Notes under the pieces: generated by a model
What the model saw: only the letters and a program-made list of their open reading frames with translations
The model's database searches: none
Told to the model about the DNA's origin: nothing
Position numbers and translations under genes: made by a program
From: an uncultured delta proteobacterium
Lineage (GTDB): Bacteria > Myxococcota_A > Polyangia > Fen-1088
Length of the DNA: 64,000 nucleotides
NCBI GenBank assembly: GCA_963796685.1
Contig: CAWCMR010000005.1
Span: forward strand, 128,001 to 192,000
Direction: 5' to 3'
In this document: in pieces, positions 33,857-43,371 of the stretch
How the letters are laid out: each line of letters starts with the position of its first letter
Position numbering within the stretch: position 1 is the first letter of the stretch

Positions 33857-35146
33857 ATGGCCATGGCCGACGAGCCCACGCTTCTGCCTTCTGTCCTGGA
33901 GCGGATCGCCTCGCTCCATTCGGCCGATATCGCCGTCGGCATCGCCACGTACAACAACGCCGATACCGTCGGACCTGTGGTCGAAGCGACGCGGGCCGCC
34001 TTTCGCGAGCCGCTGGCCAACTGTCGAGGCGTCATCATCCATGCCGACGCGGGCTCGACCGACGACACGGGCGAGAAGCTCGCGAGCAAGGATCCGGCCG
34101 ACACGCCGGTCGTCGAGTTGACCTATTCGCTGCTTCCCGGACAGAAGTTGGTCGCGCCCGATCACGATGTGCCGGACAAGGGCCGGGCCGTGAGGGCTAT
34201 TCTGCGCGCGGCCCAGCAGCTGCAGGCCAAGGTATGCGTGATCATGGCTCCCAACCTGCGCGGTGTCACCCCCGCCTCCATCGTGTCCCTGGCGCGCCCG
34301 ATCCTGGACGACAAGTTCGATTTCGTGGCGTCGTACTGCACCCGCCACAAGTTCGACGGCTTGGTGACGAGCGGTCTCGTCTATCCCGTGATTCGCGCGC
34401 TCTACGGCAAGCGTATTCGCCAGCCCATGGGAGGCGATTTCGCGGTATCCGCGCCGCTTGCGACGCACTATCTCGCGCAATACACGGGGGACGCGGACAA
34501 GGGCCGCATTGGCGTCGATCTCTGGATGCTGACGGAGGCCATCACCCGCGGTTTCAAATTGTGCCAGGCGCGGGTGGGGGCCGTGGCGCGCGTGTTTCGC
34601 GAGCCCTCCCCCGACCTCAGCTCGACCCTCGCCCAGGTCCTGACCGAGCTCTTCGATCTCGCCATTCGCGATATCTCGATCTGGCAGCGCCTGCGTGGCT
34701 CGGAGAACGTGCCTTTGCTGGGGTTGGCGCCGGAGTCTGCGGTAGGCGAGGTCGTCTTGGATCCGCAGCGGCTGATCGAATCGTTCGGCCTCGGCCACAA
34801 GAACCTGCAACCGGTGTGGGGTGCGATCCTGCCGCCGGCCACGATGCTCGTTCTCAAGCGAATGGCGGCGGGAACCCATGGCAGGTTCGTCTTTCCCGAC
34901 CAGACCTGGGTGCGCACGGTCTTCGACTTTGCGCTCGGCTACCGCCTGCGCATCATGAATCGAGACCATCTCTTGCGCGCCTTCACGCCGCTTTACCTGG
35001 CGTGGGTGGCCTCGTTCGCCAGTGAGATGCGTGACGCCGGGCCCGAGCAAGTGGAGCAGCGCTTCGAAGCTCTTTGTCTGGCCTTCGAGTCCGAGAAGCC
35101 GTATCTCATCTCCAGGTGGCGCTGGCCGGACCGATTCAATCCCTGA
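33857..35146 (+). CDS. GT-A fold glycosyltransferase-like protein (glucosylglycerate/mannosylglycerate synthase-like), DxD motif absent
   Basis: DIAVGIATYNNADT, DAGSTDDT, RHKFDG, RALYGKRIRQPMGGDF, KPYLISRW. Confidence 0.8.
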   Translation: MAMADEPTLLPSVLERIASLHSADIAVGIATYNNADTVGPVVEATRAAFREPLANCRGVIIHADAGSTDDTGEKLASKDPADTPVVELTYSLLPGQKLVAPDHDVPDKGRAVRAILRAAQQLQAKVCVIMAPNLRGVTPASIVSLARPILDDKFDFVASYCTRHKFDGLVTSGLVYPVIRALYGKRIRQPMGGDFAVSAPLATHYLAQYTGDADKGRIGVDLWMLTEAITRGFKLCQARVGAVARVFREPSPDLSSTLAQVLTELFDLAIRDISIWQRLRGSENVPLLGLAPESAVGEVVLDPQRLIESFGLGHKNLQPVWGAILPPATMLVLKRMAAGTHGRFVFPDQTWVRTVFDFALGYRLRIMNRDHLLRAFTPLYLAWVASFASEMRDAGPEQVEQRFEALCLAFESEKPYLISRWRWPDRFNP

Positions 35147-35172
35147 ACCAACCAGCGAGAAAGGGCACTTCC

Positions 35173-35874
35173 ATGTGGGAACACATCAACAAGGCACTGG
35201 GGGACGGCGTGCGCCGGGTTTTGCTAGGGGTAGCCAGTTTCCTTCCGGGGCTGGTGATTCTCATCTTGGCGCTCCTCGTCGCCAGCATCGTGGCCTGGGT
35301 CGTGAGTCGCATCACCCGCGGGCTACTGCGCTGGATCAAATTCGACAAACGCATGGAAGAGATCGGGTTCTCGGGCCTCGCCGATTGGTCGCCCAGCCGA
35401 AGTCCCACGCTCTTCGTCGCCAAGGTCGTCTGGTGGCTGATCATCGCGTTCGGGTTGCTGGTCGGCTTGGCGGGATTCGCCACGGATCTGGCATCGAAGA
35501 TCGTCGTGCAAACCATCGCCTACTTGCCCAATGTCCTGGTCGGGCTGGCCCTGCTGGCCATCGGCAACCTGCTGGCGCGATTTCTGGCGCGTGGGGCGCT
35601 CATCGGCGCCGTGAACCTTCAGATACGGTCCGCGCAGTTCGTCAGCCTGGTGGTCAAATGGTTGGTGCTGGTGATCACGGCCGCCATGGTCCTCGACCAC
35701 CTGCACATCGGTGGCGACATCGTGAAGCTCACGTTCGCCATCTTGTTCGGCGGGGTGGTGCTGGCGCTGGCGCTGGTGGTCGGTTTGGGCTGGCGGGAAC
35801 TCATCGAGCGCATCGGCGCGAAACCGACCAAGGAACATCCCGAAGACGAATCGAGTACCCTGCATCACCTGTAG
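35173..35874 (+). CDS. Membrane protein with conserved TM-helix repeats (MscS-associated, CmpX-like)
   Basis: FLPGLVILILALLV and YLPNVLVGLALLAIG repeats; C-terminal LALALVVGLGWRE. Confidence 0.78.
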   Translation: MWEHINKALGDGVRRVLLGVASFLPGLVILILALLVASIVAWVVSRITRGLLRWIKFDKRMEEIGFSGLADWSPSRSPTLFVAKVVWWLIIAFGLLVGLAGFATDLASKIVVQTIAYLPNVLVGLALLAIGNLLARFLARGALIGAVNLQIRSAQFVSLVVKWLVLVITAAMVLDHLHIGGDIVKLTFAILFGGVVLALALVVGLGWRELIERIGAKPTKEHPEDESSTLHHL

Positions 35875-35903
35875 AAGTGCCGAGTCGGACTGGCCGGGGC
35901 TAA

Positions 35904-36004
35904 GAGCGTGTCTGAAAAGCGATTGCAAGAGGACAGAGACGCGACAGCCGGACCGCCCACCTCCGCATTCAAGACTGGCGATCCAGCACTTTTCAGACAT
36001 CCGC
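35904..36004. mobile_element. 101-bp MITE / IS5-family-like remnant
   Basis: Terminal inverted repeats GAGCGTGTCTGAAAAG and CTTTTCAGACATCCGC (13/16 match), flanked by TAA direct repeats at 35901-35903 and 36005-36007. Confidence 0.65.
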
Positions 36005-38277
36005 TAAGGCTTCGTCGGCTTGCCGGGTGCGATCCAGGAATCGTCTTCGAAGGGGTCCTTGCCCTCTGCCACGGGAGTGTCGGCTTGCGGCGATGCGCCT
36101 TCGCCCCCTCCGGAAGTCTCGGAAAGCTTCTTCCGCGCGCTCGAAAGGTGCGTGCGAGCACGCGCGCGCGGTAAGGTCGGCGGGGCCACACGCGCAGGGA
36201 CCCGCAAAATATCCGCGTGTAGGGCGACGATGCGCCCCGGTGGCTGCACGAGCTCCTGCGCCCAGGATTGGTAGCCGGGATTGCCTTTGAGCTCGAGGAC
36301 ATGCGGGCCCGGCGCGATGCGCGTGGCGCGCAGGTTGGTGGTCGCCTGTTCGCCGTCCTGGTCGAGGAAAAGCGGTTGGCCGTCGAGCCATACCAGGAGG
36401 TTCGGAGGCGTGCTGGTCAGCGCAAACCCGGTATCCGGAGAAGGCTGGAGAACGACGTCCATTTCGCCCCGCTGGCCGGCACGGATCGAGATGTTCCGAT
36501 CGAAGGCGATGTAGCCGGGGCGGGAAACCGTGAGCCGGTAAATCCCTTCGCGCTTTTCGAGCCGGAAGGGCGGCCCCGGCCTAACCGGCCGGCCATCGAG
36601 CGCCAAGTGCGCGTCCACGGGCTTCACCGAGATCTGCACCATTCCCGATCGGGGAACGAGCAGATAGGTGCCTACGCCCCCGACGAGAAGGAACAGCACG
36701 AACAGCAGGAAGTACCTTGGTTGCAGGTTTCGAACCCGGTCGAAGGCGGAGGCGAGGTTTGGGGCGGTTGGAGGGGCGCCTCGCCGCACAGGCGACAGGA
36801 TCGGGGTCCCGGGAAGGGGGGTCCAAGAACCAGCAGCAGGCGGACCGGAGCGCGGCGGCGGCGCGCCCTGAGGCGCTTGCGCTGCGGTTTCCCCGTCCGG
36901 GGACGATGCCGCGAAGCTCGGCACCGGCAGAGACATGAGGTCCGCGGGGCGCCCCGTCCTCCTCGACGTCCGCACCACCTTGGCAACGGCTACGGCGTCG
37001 TCGATCCTTGGCACGGGCCGGTCCGGTGGCGTCCGTGAATGCGGCGTCGGGGATGCTTCACCGGTCTCGGCGAGCAAATCCGGGTCGGGCTCGGTGACCA
37101 TCGTCTCGGCATCCTTGTCGGCAAGAAAGCTGTTGGTGTTCGACGGCGGTAGCCGCAGGGCGGGCCGATGCTCGAAGACCTCGGTTTCGAGCTCTTCCTC
37201 GTCCCAATCGAGGCCTTCGCTCTGGTTGGCCTGGTTGGCGAAGGTGTGCTTCATCCAATCGGCAAGACCCTTGCGCGAAGGGAGCCGTCCCAGCGCAAGG
37301 AGGAACTCCTCGATGGCCAGCCGGAAATCGCGCACATCCTGGTAGCGATCCCCCACGTCCTTCGCCAGCGCCTTGAGTAAGATGCCCTCGAGCGCCGCGG
37401 GCATGCGCGGGTCGAGCGAGGTGGGTAAGACGACTCGGCCGTCGCGTATCTTCTCCAGCGACGAGAAGTCGTCTTTCCCCGCGAACAGCTTTTCGCCTGC
37501 CAGCATTTCGAAGAGCAGAATGCCGAGGATGAAGATGTCGCTGCGATGGTCGACGGGTGAACCATGGACCTGCTCGGGCGACAGGTAACCCGACGCCGGC
37601 TTACGGATGCCCGGATGCGTTGCGGAGGTGCGAGCGCTCGTTCGCGCGACGCCCACGTCGATGAGCTTGACCTCGCCCTCGAAGCCCACCATCACGTCTT
37701 GCGGACACAGCGCGCGACGCACGAGGCTGAGCTGCCGACCCGCCTCGTCCCGCTGGCTGTGGACATAGTCGAGGCACTCGCAGAGTTGCATGATGACGTA
37801 GCAGGCCCAGGGCACCGGCATGACTTGCGCGCGAGCACGGAGGGTGTCGAAGATCGTGCGCAGATCGCGACCGTCGATGAATTCGAGCGCGACGAAATAG
37901 CTGTCTTCGAGCCTGCCCAGGTCGAGGACCTTGGCGATGTTTTCGTGGTGCATTTGGGCCGCGGTCTTCGCCTCTTCGATGAAGGTCCTGACCAGCTCCT
38001 GATCTTGCGCCAGGCTCGGCAGGATGCGCTTGAGCGCGACCGTACGCTCGAAGCCTTCGATCCCGAGGACGTTCGCCTTGAACACCTCCGCATGGTCGCC
38101 CACGCTCAGACGCTCGAGCAGCCTGTATTGGTGGGTCACCTTTTGCTGCGACGACGGCCCCGTTGTGACAGGGCTCGACAGCGTGCGACGGTCGACATTG
38201 CCGGATCCAGCTTTCGGCATCGCGGCCAACGAGATGCATGCACGATGCCACCAATATCCTTTGAAAATCTCGGACAA
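36004..38277 (-). CDS. Membrane Ser/Thr kinase-like protein with PEGA domains; probable pseudokinase
   Basis: YRLLERL, VALKRI, YLSPEQ, SDIFILG, then a TM helix and PEGA-like repeats. The catalytic loop reads RRALCPQD and DFG reads DVG. Start may be 38220. Confidence 0.88.
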   Translation of the reverse strand: MSEIFKGYWWHRACISLAAMPKAGSGNVDRRTLSSPVTTGPSSQQKVTHQYRLLERLSVGDHAEVFKANVLGIEGFERTVALKRILPSLAQDQELVRTFIEEAKTAAQMHHENIAKVLDLGRLEDSYFVALEFIDGRDLRTIFDTLRARAQVMPVPWACYVIMQLCECLDYVHSQRDEAGRQLSLVRRALCPQDVMVGFEGEVKLIDVGVARTSARTSATHPGIRKPASGYLSPEQVHGSPVDHRSDIFILGILLFEMLAGEKLFAGKDDFSSLEKIRDGRVVLPTSLDPRMPAALEGILLKALAKDVGDRYQDVRDFRLAIEEFLLALGRLPSRKGLADWMKHTFANQANQSEGLDWDEEELETEVFEHRPALRLPPSNTNSFLADKDAETMVTEPDPDLLAETGEASPTPHSRTPPDRPVPRIDDAVAVAKVVRTSRRTGRPADLMSLPVPSFAASSPDGETAAQAPQGAPPPRSGPPAAGSWTPLPGTPILSPVRRGAPPTAPNLASAFDRVRNLQPRYFLLFVLFLLVGGVGTYLLVPRSGMVQISVKPVDAHLALDGRPVRPGPPFRLEKREGIYRLTVSRPGYIAFDRNISIRAGQRGEMDVVLQPSPDTGFALTSTPPNLLVWLDGQPLFLDQDGEQATTNLRATRIAPGPHVLELKGNPGYQSWAQELVQPPGRIVALHADILRVPARVAPPTLPRARARTHLSSARKKLSETSGGGEGASPQADTPVAEGKDPFEDDSWIAPGKPTKP

Positions 38278-38553
38278 ATCGGCGAAAGCTGAATAGAGAG
38301 CCTCGAGGGGACAGGTGGCAGAAAGTCACACGAGTCAAAATGCCACGGGGACTACTGCAGAACCATAATCCCCGCGACAGCCGCAGAAAGTCGTGGCCGG
38401 GGCGGCTTGTCACGTGGGGCAGCTCGCCACGCCTCCTTTGGAACCCATTGCACGTGGCTGGTGGCTCGATATTCGCGTTCGCGATTTGGCATTTCACGAA
38501 GGCATCTTCCAGGCTTGGGGAGATTGGAACGCGAGATCCATGCGGACGAGTGC

Positions 38554-40434
38554 ATGACCACAATCGTCAATTCGGAGCCATCGACCTCGACTGGGCACAC
38601 CAACGCCTGGTCCGCCCGCCTCGGTGCGACTCGCGCTGGCGGCGGCGTACGATTTCGGGTTTGGGCGCCGGTCGCTCGTGCGGTGGAGCTCGTGCTCGAA
38701 GACGGCTCGGATCGTGTGCTGGCCTTACGTCCAGACAGTGAGGGTTTCTACGAGACCACACTCGAAGGCGTGGTTTCCGGAACCCGCTATCGCTATCGCG
38801 TGGACGGACAGGGCCCATTTCCGGACCCGGCCTCGCGCCGGCAACCTCTAGGCGTGCATGGCCCGTCCGAGGTCGTCGATGCCGCCCGTTTCGCCTGGAC
38901 CGACCAGGGCTGGCCAGGAATCGAGATGGCGGACTTGGTGATTTACGAGCTGCACGTGGGGACGTTCTCCCCGTCGGGCACGTTCGCCGGCGTTCGCGAG
39001 AAGCTTTCCACCCTGCTCGAGCTGGGCATCACCGCCATCGAGCTGATGCCGGTGGCCGATTTCCCTGGGCAACACAACTGGGGTTACGACGGCGTTTGTC
39101 CGTTTGCCCCGGCCCGTTGCTATGGCGACAACGATGACCTGCGCGCGCTCGTCGACGCCGCCCACGGCATGGGTTTGGCGGTTCTGCTCGACGTGGTCTA
39201 CAACCACCTCGGCCCGGACGGCAACTACCTGGGCGTGTTCAGCCCCTTCATCAATAGCGAGAGCCACCACACGCCCTGGGGACAGGCCATCAATCTGGAC
39301 GGCCCGAGCTGCGGCCCCGTCCGCGCCTACTTCATCGAGAACGCCCTGCACTGGCTGTGCGAGTACCACTTCGACGGCCTTCGCTTGGACGCCACGCACG
39401 CCCTCGTCGACGAAAGCCCGCGTCACTTCCTCGCCGAATTGGCAGAGCAGGCACATGCACTGTCTGGTCCGCGCCGCCTCGTCATCGCCGAGGACGAGCG
39501 CAACCTGGCCGCGATCGTCCGACCCGGACACGAAGGCGGGATGTCACTCGACGGCGTGTGGGCCGACGATTTTCACCATCAGCTTCGCCGTCGCCTGGCC
39601 GGCGACAGCGACGGCTACTTCGCCGATTTCTCGGGTTCGGCGGACGATGTGGCCAAGACCATCGCCCGCGGCTTCTTCTTCCGTGGTCAGACGGTGCCTC
39701 GCCTCGGGCGCTCGCGCGGCAGCGATCCTTCCGGCATTCCCGCCGAGCGCTTCGTCTTCTGCATCCAAAACCACGACCAGGTCGGCAATCGCGCCCTGGG
39801 CGAACGCCTGCACCATCAAATCGATGCCGCTGCCTACCGGGCCGCGCTCGCGCTGCTCCTGCTTTCGCCCGAGACGCCGCTTTTGTTCATGGGCCAGGAA
39901 TGGGCGGCCAGCAGCCCCTTTCTTTACTTCACGGACCACAACCAAGAGCTTGGTCGACTGGTCACCGAGGGACGCCGTTCCGAGTTCAAGAGCTTTGCCG
40001 CGTTTTCGTCGCCCGACGCCCGCGCACGCATTCCGGATCCACAAGACGAGGCCACCTTCGCACGCAGCCGCCTCATCTGGGAAGAACGCGGACGCGAGCC
40101 GCACGCCCAGGTGCTGCAACTTCACCGGGCGCTGCTCGATGTGCGGCGACGGGCCGTCTCGAGAGCGCAGTGGCAAAGCACCGCCGTCGGCCCATCCGCC
40201 GTGTTGTTGCACTACGCCGAATACCAGGTGGTCACCTGGCTCGAAGGGTCGGGCCACATCGAGATCTCGTCGCGCACGAATCCGGCGGCTTGGACCGTGG
40301 TGCTGGACACGGAAGCTCCCGCCTTCTGCGGACGACCCCGGCCACCGCGGATCGAGCCCGCGGGCAACCGACTGCGCATCGCTTTCCAACGCCCGGGAGC
40401 CGTGGTCCTGCAAAGCTCCGGCCCGAGACTCTGA
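38554..40434 (+). CDS. treZ: Malto-oligosyltrehalose trehalohydrolase
   Basis: FRVWAP, YELHVGTF, NWGYDGV, DVVYNHLGP, DGLRLDATH, QNHDQVGNR. Confidence 0.96.
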   Translation: MTTIVNSEPSTSTGHTNAWSARLGATRAGGGVRFRVWAPVARAVELVLEDGSDRVLALRPDSEGFYETTLEGVVSGTRYRYRVDGQGPFPDPASRRQPLGVHGPSEVVDAARFAWTDQGWPGIEMADLVIYELHVGTFSPSGTFAGVREKLSTLLELGITAIELMPVADFPGQHNWGYDGVCPFAPARCYGDNDDLRALVDAAHGMGLAVLLDVVYNHLGPDGNYLGVFSPFINSESHHTPWGQAINLDGPSCGPVRAYFIENALHWLCEYHFDGLRLDATHALVDESPRHFLAELAEQAHALSGPRRLVIAEDERNLAAIVRPGHEGGMSLDGVWADDFHHQLRRRLAGDSDGYFADFSGSADDVAKTIARGFFFRGQTVPRLGRSRGSDPSGIPAERFVFCIQNHDQVGNRALGERLHHQIDAAAYRAALALLLLSPETPLLFMGQEWAASSPFLYFTDHNQELGRLVTEGRRSEFKSFAAFSSPDARARIPDPQDEATFARSRLIWEERGREPHAQVLQLHRALLDVRRRAVSRAQWQSTAVGPSAVLLHYAEYQVVTWLEGSGHIEISSRTNPAAWTVVLDTEAPAFCGRPRPPRIEPAGNRLRIAFQRPGAVVLQSSGPRL

Positions 40435-40436
40435 CC

Positions 40437-43361
40437 ATGAAACAGACGACACGTCCCCATACCACCCAGTTGCTGCGCGTTCCGGTCTCGACCTACCGGC
40501 TACAGCTCAACGCCGGGCTGACGTTCGCCCAGGCCGCCGACGTGTCCGCGTATTTGCACCGCCTGGGGATCACCGACCTCTATGTTTCACCCTCGTTCAA
40601 GGCAGCGCCCGGCAGCCCACACGGCTACGACATCTGCGATCACACCCAGCTCAATCCCGAGCTGGGGGGCGACGAGGGCTTCGCGACCCTCGCCGCGGCT
40701 CTGCACAAGCTCGACATGGGGTTGGTGCTCGATTTCGTCCCCAACCACATGGGCGCCGATCCGGCGGCCAACCCCTGGTGGCGCGACGTCTTGGAGAATG
40801 GTCCTTCTTCACCCTACGCGCGCTTCTTCGACATCGACTGGCGTCCGCTCAAGGCCGAGCTCTTCGACAAGGTCCTGCTGCCCGTGCTCGGAGACCAGTA
40901 TGGCCGGGTGCTCGAGCGGGGCGAATTGCGGGTGAAGTTCGACAACGGGGCCTTCACCCTGGCGTACTTCGAGCACTGCCTCCCGCTCAATCCCCGCCAA
41001 ATGGCCCCCATCTTGAGTCGCGATCTGGACACGCTCAAGGCCGAGATGCCGAACGAGGCCCCCGAGCTGCTCGAATTCCAGAGCATCCTCACGGCGCTGC
41101 ACAACCTGCCCTCCTACACCGAAACCGATCCTGCGCGCATCGAAGAGCGCCATCGGGAAAAGGAGATCGCCCGCGAGCGCCTGACGCGTTTGACCGCTGC
41201 CTGCGAAACCGTCAGGGCCTACATCGAACGCGTCGTGGATCGTCTGAACGGTGTCGCAGGTGAGCCCGCGACCTTCGACCTGCTTCACGGCCTTCTCGAG
41301 GCCCAGGCCTATCGATTGGCTTACTGGCGAACCGCGCAGCACGAGATCAATTACCGACGCTTCTTCGACATCAACGGTCTCATCGGCGTGCGCGTGGAAG
41401 ATCCCGTGGTGTTCCGTGAGGTACACCAAGGCGTCTTGCGCCTGGTGCGCGACGGCGCGGTCACCGGGTTGCGCCTCGACCACCTCGACGGTCTGCTCGA
41501 TCCCAAGACCTACCTGCAGCAACTGGACGAGGCGCTACGCGAGAGCCAGGGCAAGTCCCTCTACGTCGTGGCCGAGAAGATCCTGTCGGCGGGCGAAGTG
41601 CTTGCCGAGGACTTCCGCCTCGAGGGAACCTCGGGCTACGATTTTCTCAACGACGTCAATGGACTGTTCGTCGATGGCAAGGGTGCGCGGCCTCTCAAAC
41701 ATCTGCACGCGCGCTTCACCGGCCGTGCCACCTCCTTCGCCGACCTCGTGTATCACACCAAGGCACTCATCGCGGACAGCTCGCTCGCCAGCGAGCTTGC
41801 GGTGCTTGCCCACGCCCTCAATCGACTGTCCGAGAAGGATCGCCGATCGCGCGACTTCACCTTGGTCAGTTTGCACGCGTGCCTGCGCGAAATCGCCGCC
41901 TGCTTTCCCGTGTATCGCACCTATCTGGGGTTCAGTGGCACTTCCGGCGCCGAGACGGCCGTCATCGAGACGGCCATCGCGCAAGCCCGCAGACGCAATC
42001 CCGCCATGGAGAGCAGCGTGTTCGACTTCCTGCGAGGCATTCTGCTGTCGCGGGATCAGGACGCCCCGTCGCCGGAGCGGGCCGGCGAGCAACGCGCCTT
42101 TGCCCTCAAGTTGCAGCAATACACCGGTCCCTTGCAGGCCAAGGGCCTGGAGGACACCGCGTTCTACAGACACAACGTGCTCGTGTCCCTGAACGAGGTG
42201 GGCGGCGATCCCCAACGCTTCGGAGTGTCGGTGCGCGCCTTTCACGCAAGCAACCAGCACCGCAGACAGGATTGGCCATTCACCATGCTGGCCACCTCGA
42301 CCCACGACACCAAGCGCGGCGAGGATGCCCGCTGTCGTATCGATGTCTTGTCGGAGATCCCCGGCGACTGGGGACGCAAGGTGGCGACCTGGAGCCACAT
42401 CAATGCGTCCGCCCGGACCAACGTCGACGGCGAACCCGCGCCGGATCGAGGCGACGAGTATCTCTTCTACCAGGCCCTGCTCGGCGCATGGCCGGCGGAG
42501 CAAACCGCCCCCATCGTATCCACCGCGCTGCTCGATCGGATACAGTCCTTCATGCTGAAGGCCATCCGCGAGGCCAAGCTACACACGAGCTGGGTCAACC
42601 ACAACGAGGCCTACGAGAACGCCACCCGACGGTTCGTAGAGACCGTTCTCGACCGCAAAAGGGGGCGCGAATTTCTCGCCAGTTTCGTCCCGTTCAGCGC
42701 GCAGGCCGCGTTTTCCGGCATGCTCAACTCGCTCTCCCAACTCGTGCTCAAGCTGGCCTCGCCTGGCGTGCCGGACTTCTACCAGGGCTGCGAGACCTGG
42801 AATCTCAGCCTTGCCGATCCGGACAACCGGCGCCCCGTGGACTTCCAGGGACTCCGCAACAGCCTTGCGCGCATGGAGCCCCACCTGGGTGACCGAACCA
42901 CGACCCTCCGGCGACGGGCATTCGTCACGGGCCTCCTCGAAAATTGGCGGGACGGCCGCATCAAGCACTTCCTGACTGCCGCGGGTTTGCATCTGCGCAG
43001 AAGGTACAGCCCGGTCTTTCTCGAGGGTGAGTATCTTCCACTCGCCGCCGAAGGTGCGAAAGCGAATCATGTCGTGGCGCTGGCGCGACGGCTCGGTGAC
43101 GTCACCATCGTCGCCGCGGCTCCCCGTCTTTGCCACGATCTGAGCGACGCCCATGGCAGGTCGCCGCTGGGGGCCCGCGTGTGGCGGGACACGCGCGTGT
43201 GGCTACCCGGCGAGGGAGGCGGTGAACCGTTCCGTGATGCGTTCACCGGCGCCATGCTGACTCCGACGAGGGAGGCCCACCGCCACGGCCTGTACCTCGC
43301 GGACGTGCTGACGGTTCTTCCGGTGGCGCTGTTGGTTCGCCCGTGGACACCCTCGCCCTAG
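40437..43361 (+). CDS. treY: Malto-oligosyltrehalose synthase
   Basis: STYRLQ, GSPHGYD, DFVPNHM, NYRRFFDI, GLRLDHLDGL, STHDTKRGED, DPDNRRPVD. Confidence 0.96.
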   Translation: MKQTTRPHTTQLLRVPVSTYRLQLNAGLTFAQAADVSAYLHRLGITDLYVSPSFKAAPGSPHGYDICDHTQLNPELGGDEGFATLAAALHKLDMGLVLDFVPNHMGADPAANPWWRDVLENGPSSPYARFFDIDWRPLKAELFDKVLLPVLGDQYGRVLERGELRVKFDNGAFTLAYFEHCLPLNPRQMAPILSRDLDTLKAEMPNEAPELLEFQSILTALHNLPSYTETDPARIEERHREKEIARERLTRLTAACETVRAYIERVVDRLNGVAGEPATFDLLHGLLEAQAYRLAYWRTAQHEINYRRFFDINGLIGVRVEDPVVFREVHQGVLRLVRDGAVTGLRLDHLDGLLDPKTYLQQLDEALRESQGKSLYVVAEKILSAGEVLAEDFRLEGTSGYDFLNDVNGLFVDGKGARPLKHLHARFTGRATSFADLVYHTKALIADSSLASELAVLAHALNRLSEKDRRSRDFTLVSLHACLREIAACFPVYRTYLGFSGTSGAETAVIETAIAQARRRNPAMESSVFDFLRGILLSRDQDAPSPERAGEQRAFALKLQQYTGPLQAKGLEDTAFYRHNVLVSLNEVGGDPQRFGVSVRAFHASNQHRRQDWPFTMLATSTHDTKRGEDARCRIDVLSEIPGDWGRKVATWSHINASARTNVDGEPAPDRGDEYLFYQALLGAWPAEQTAPIVSTALLDRIQSFMLKAIREAKLHTSWVNHNEAYENATRRFVETVLDRKRGREFLASFVPFSAQAAFSGMLNSLSQLVLKLASPGVPDFYQGCETWNLSLADPDNRRPVDFQGLRNSLARMEPHLGDRTTTLRRRAFVTGLLENWRDGRIKHFLTAAGLHLRRRYSPVFLEGEYLPLAAEGAKANHVVALARRLGDVTIVAAAPRLCHDLSDAHGRSPLGARVWRDTRVWLPGEGGGEPFRDAFTGAMLTPTREAHRHGLYLADVLTVLPVALLVRPWTPSP

Positions 43362-43371
43362 ACCGAAGCCG

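Noticed and set aside
39357-40436. N-terminal extension making TreY 1,334 aa
   Set aside because: It overlaps treZ in another frame and is low-complexity and Arg-rich; the ATG at 40437 directly follows the treZ stop.
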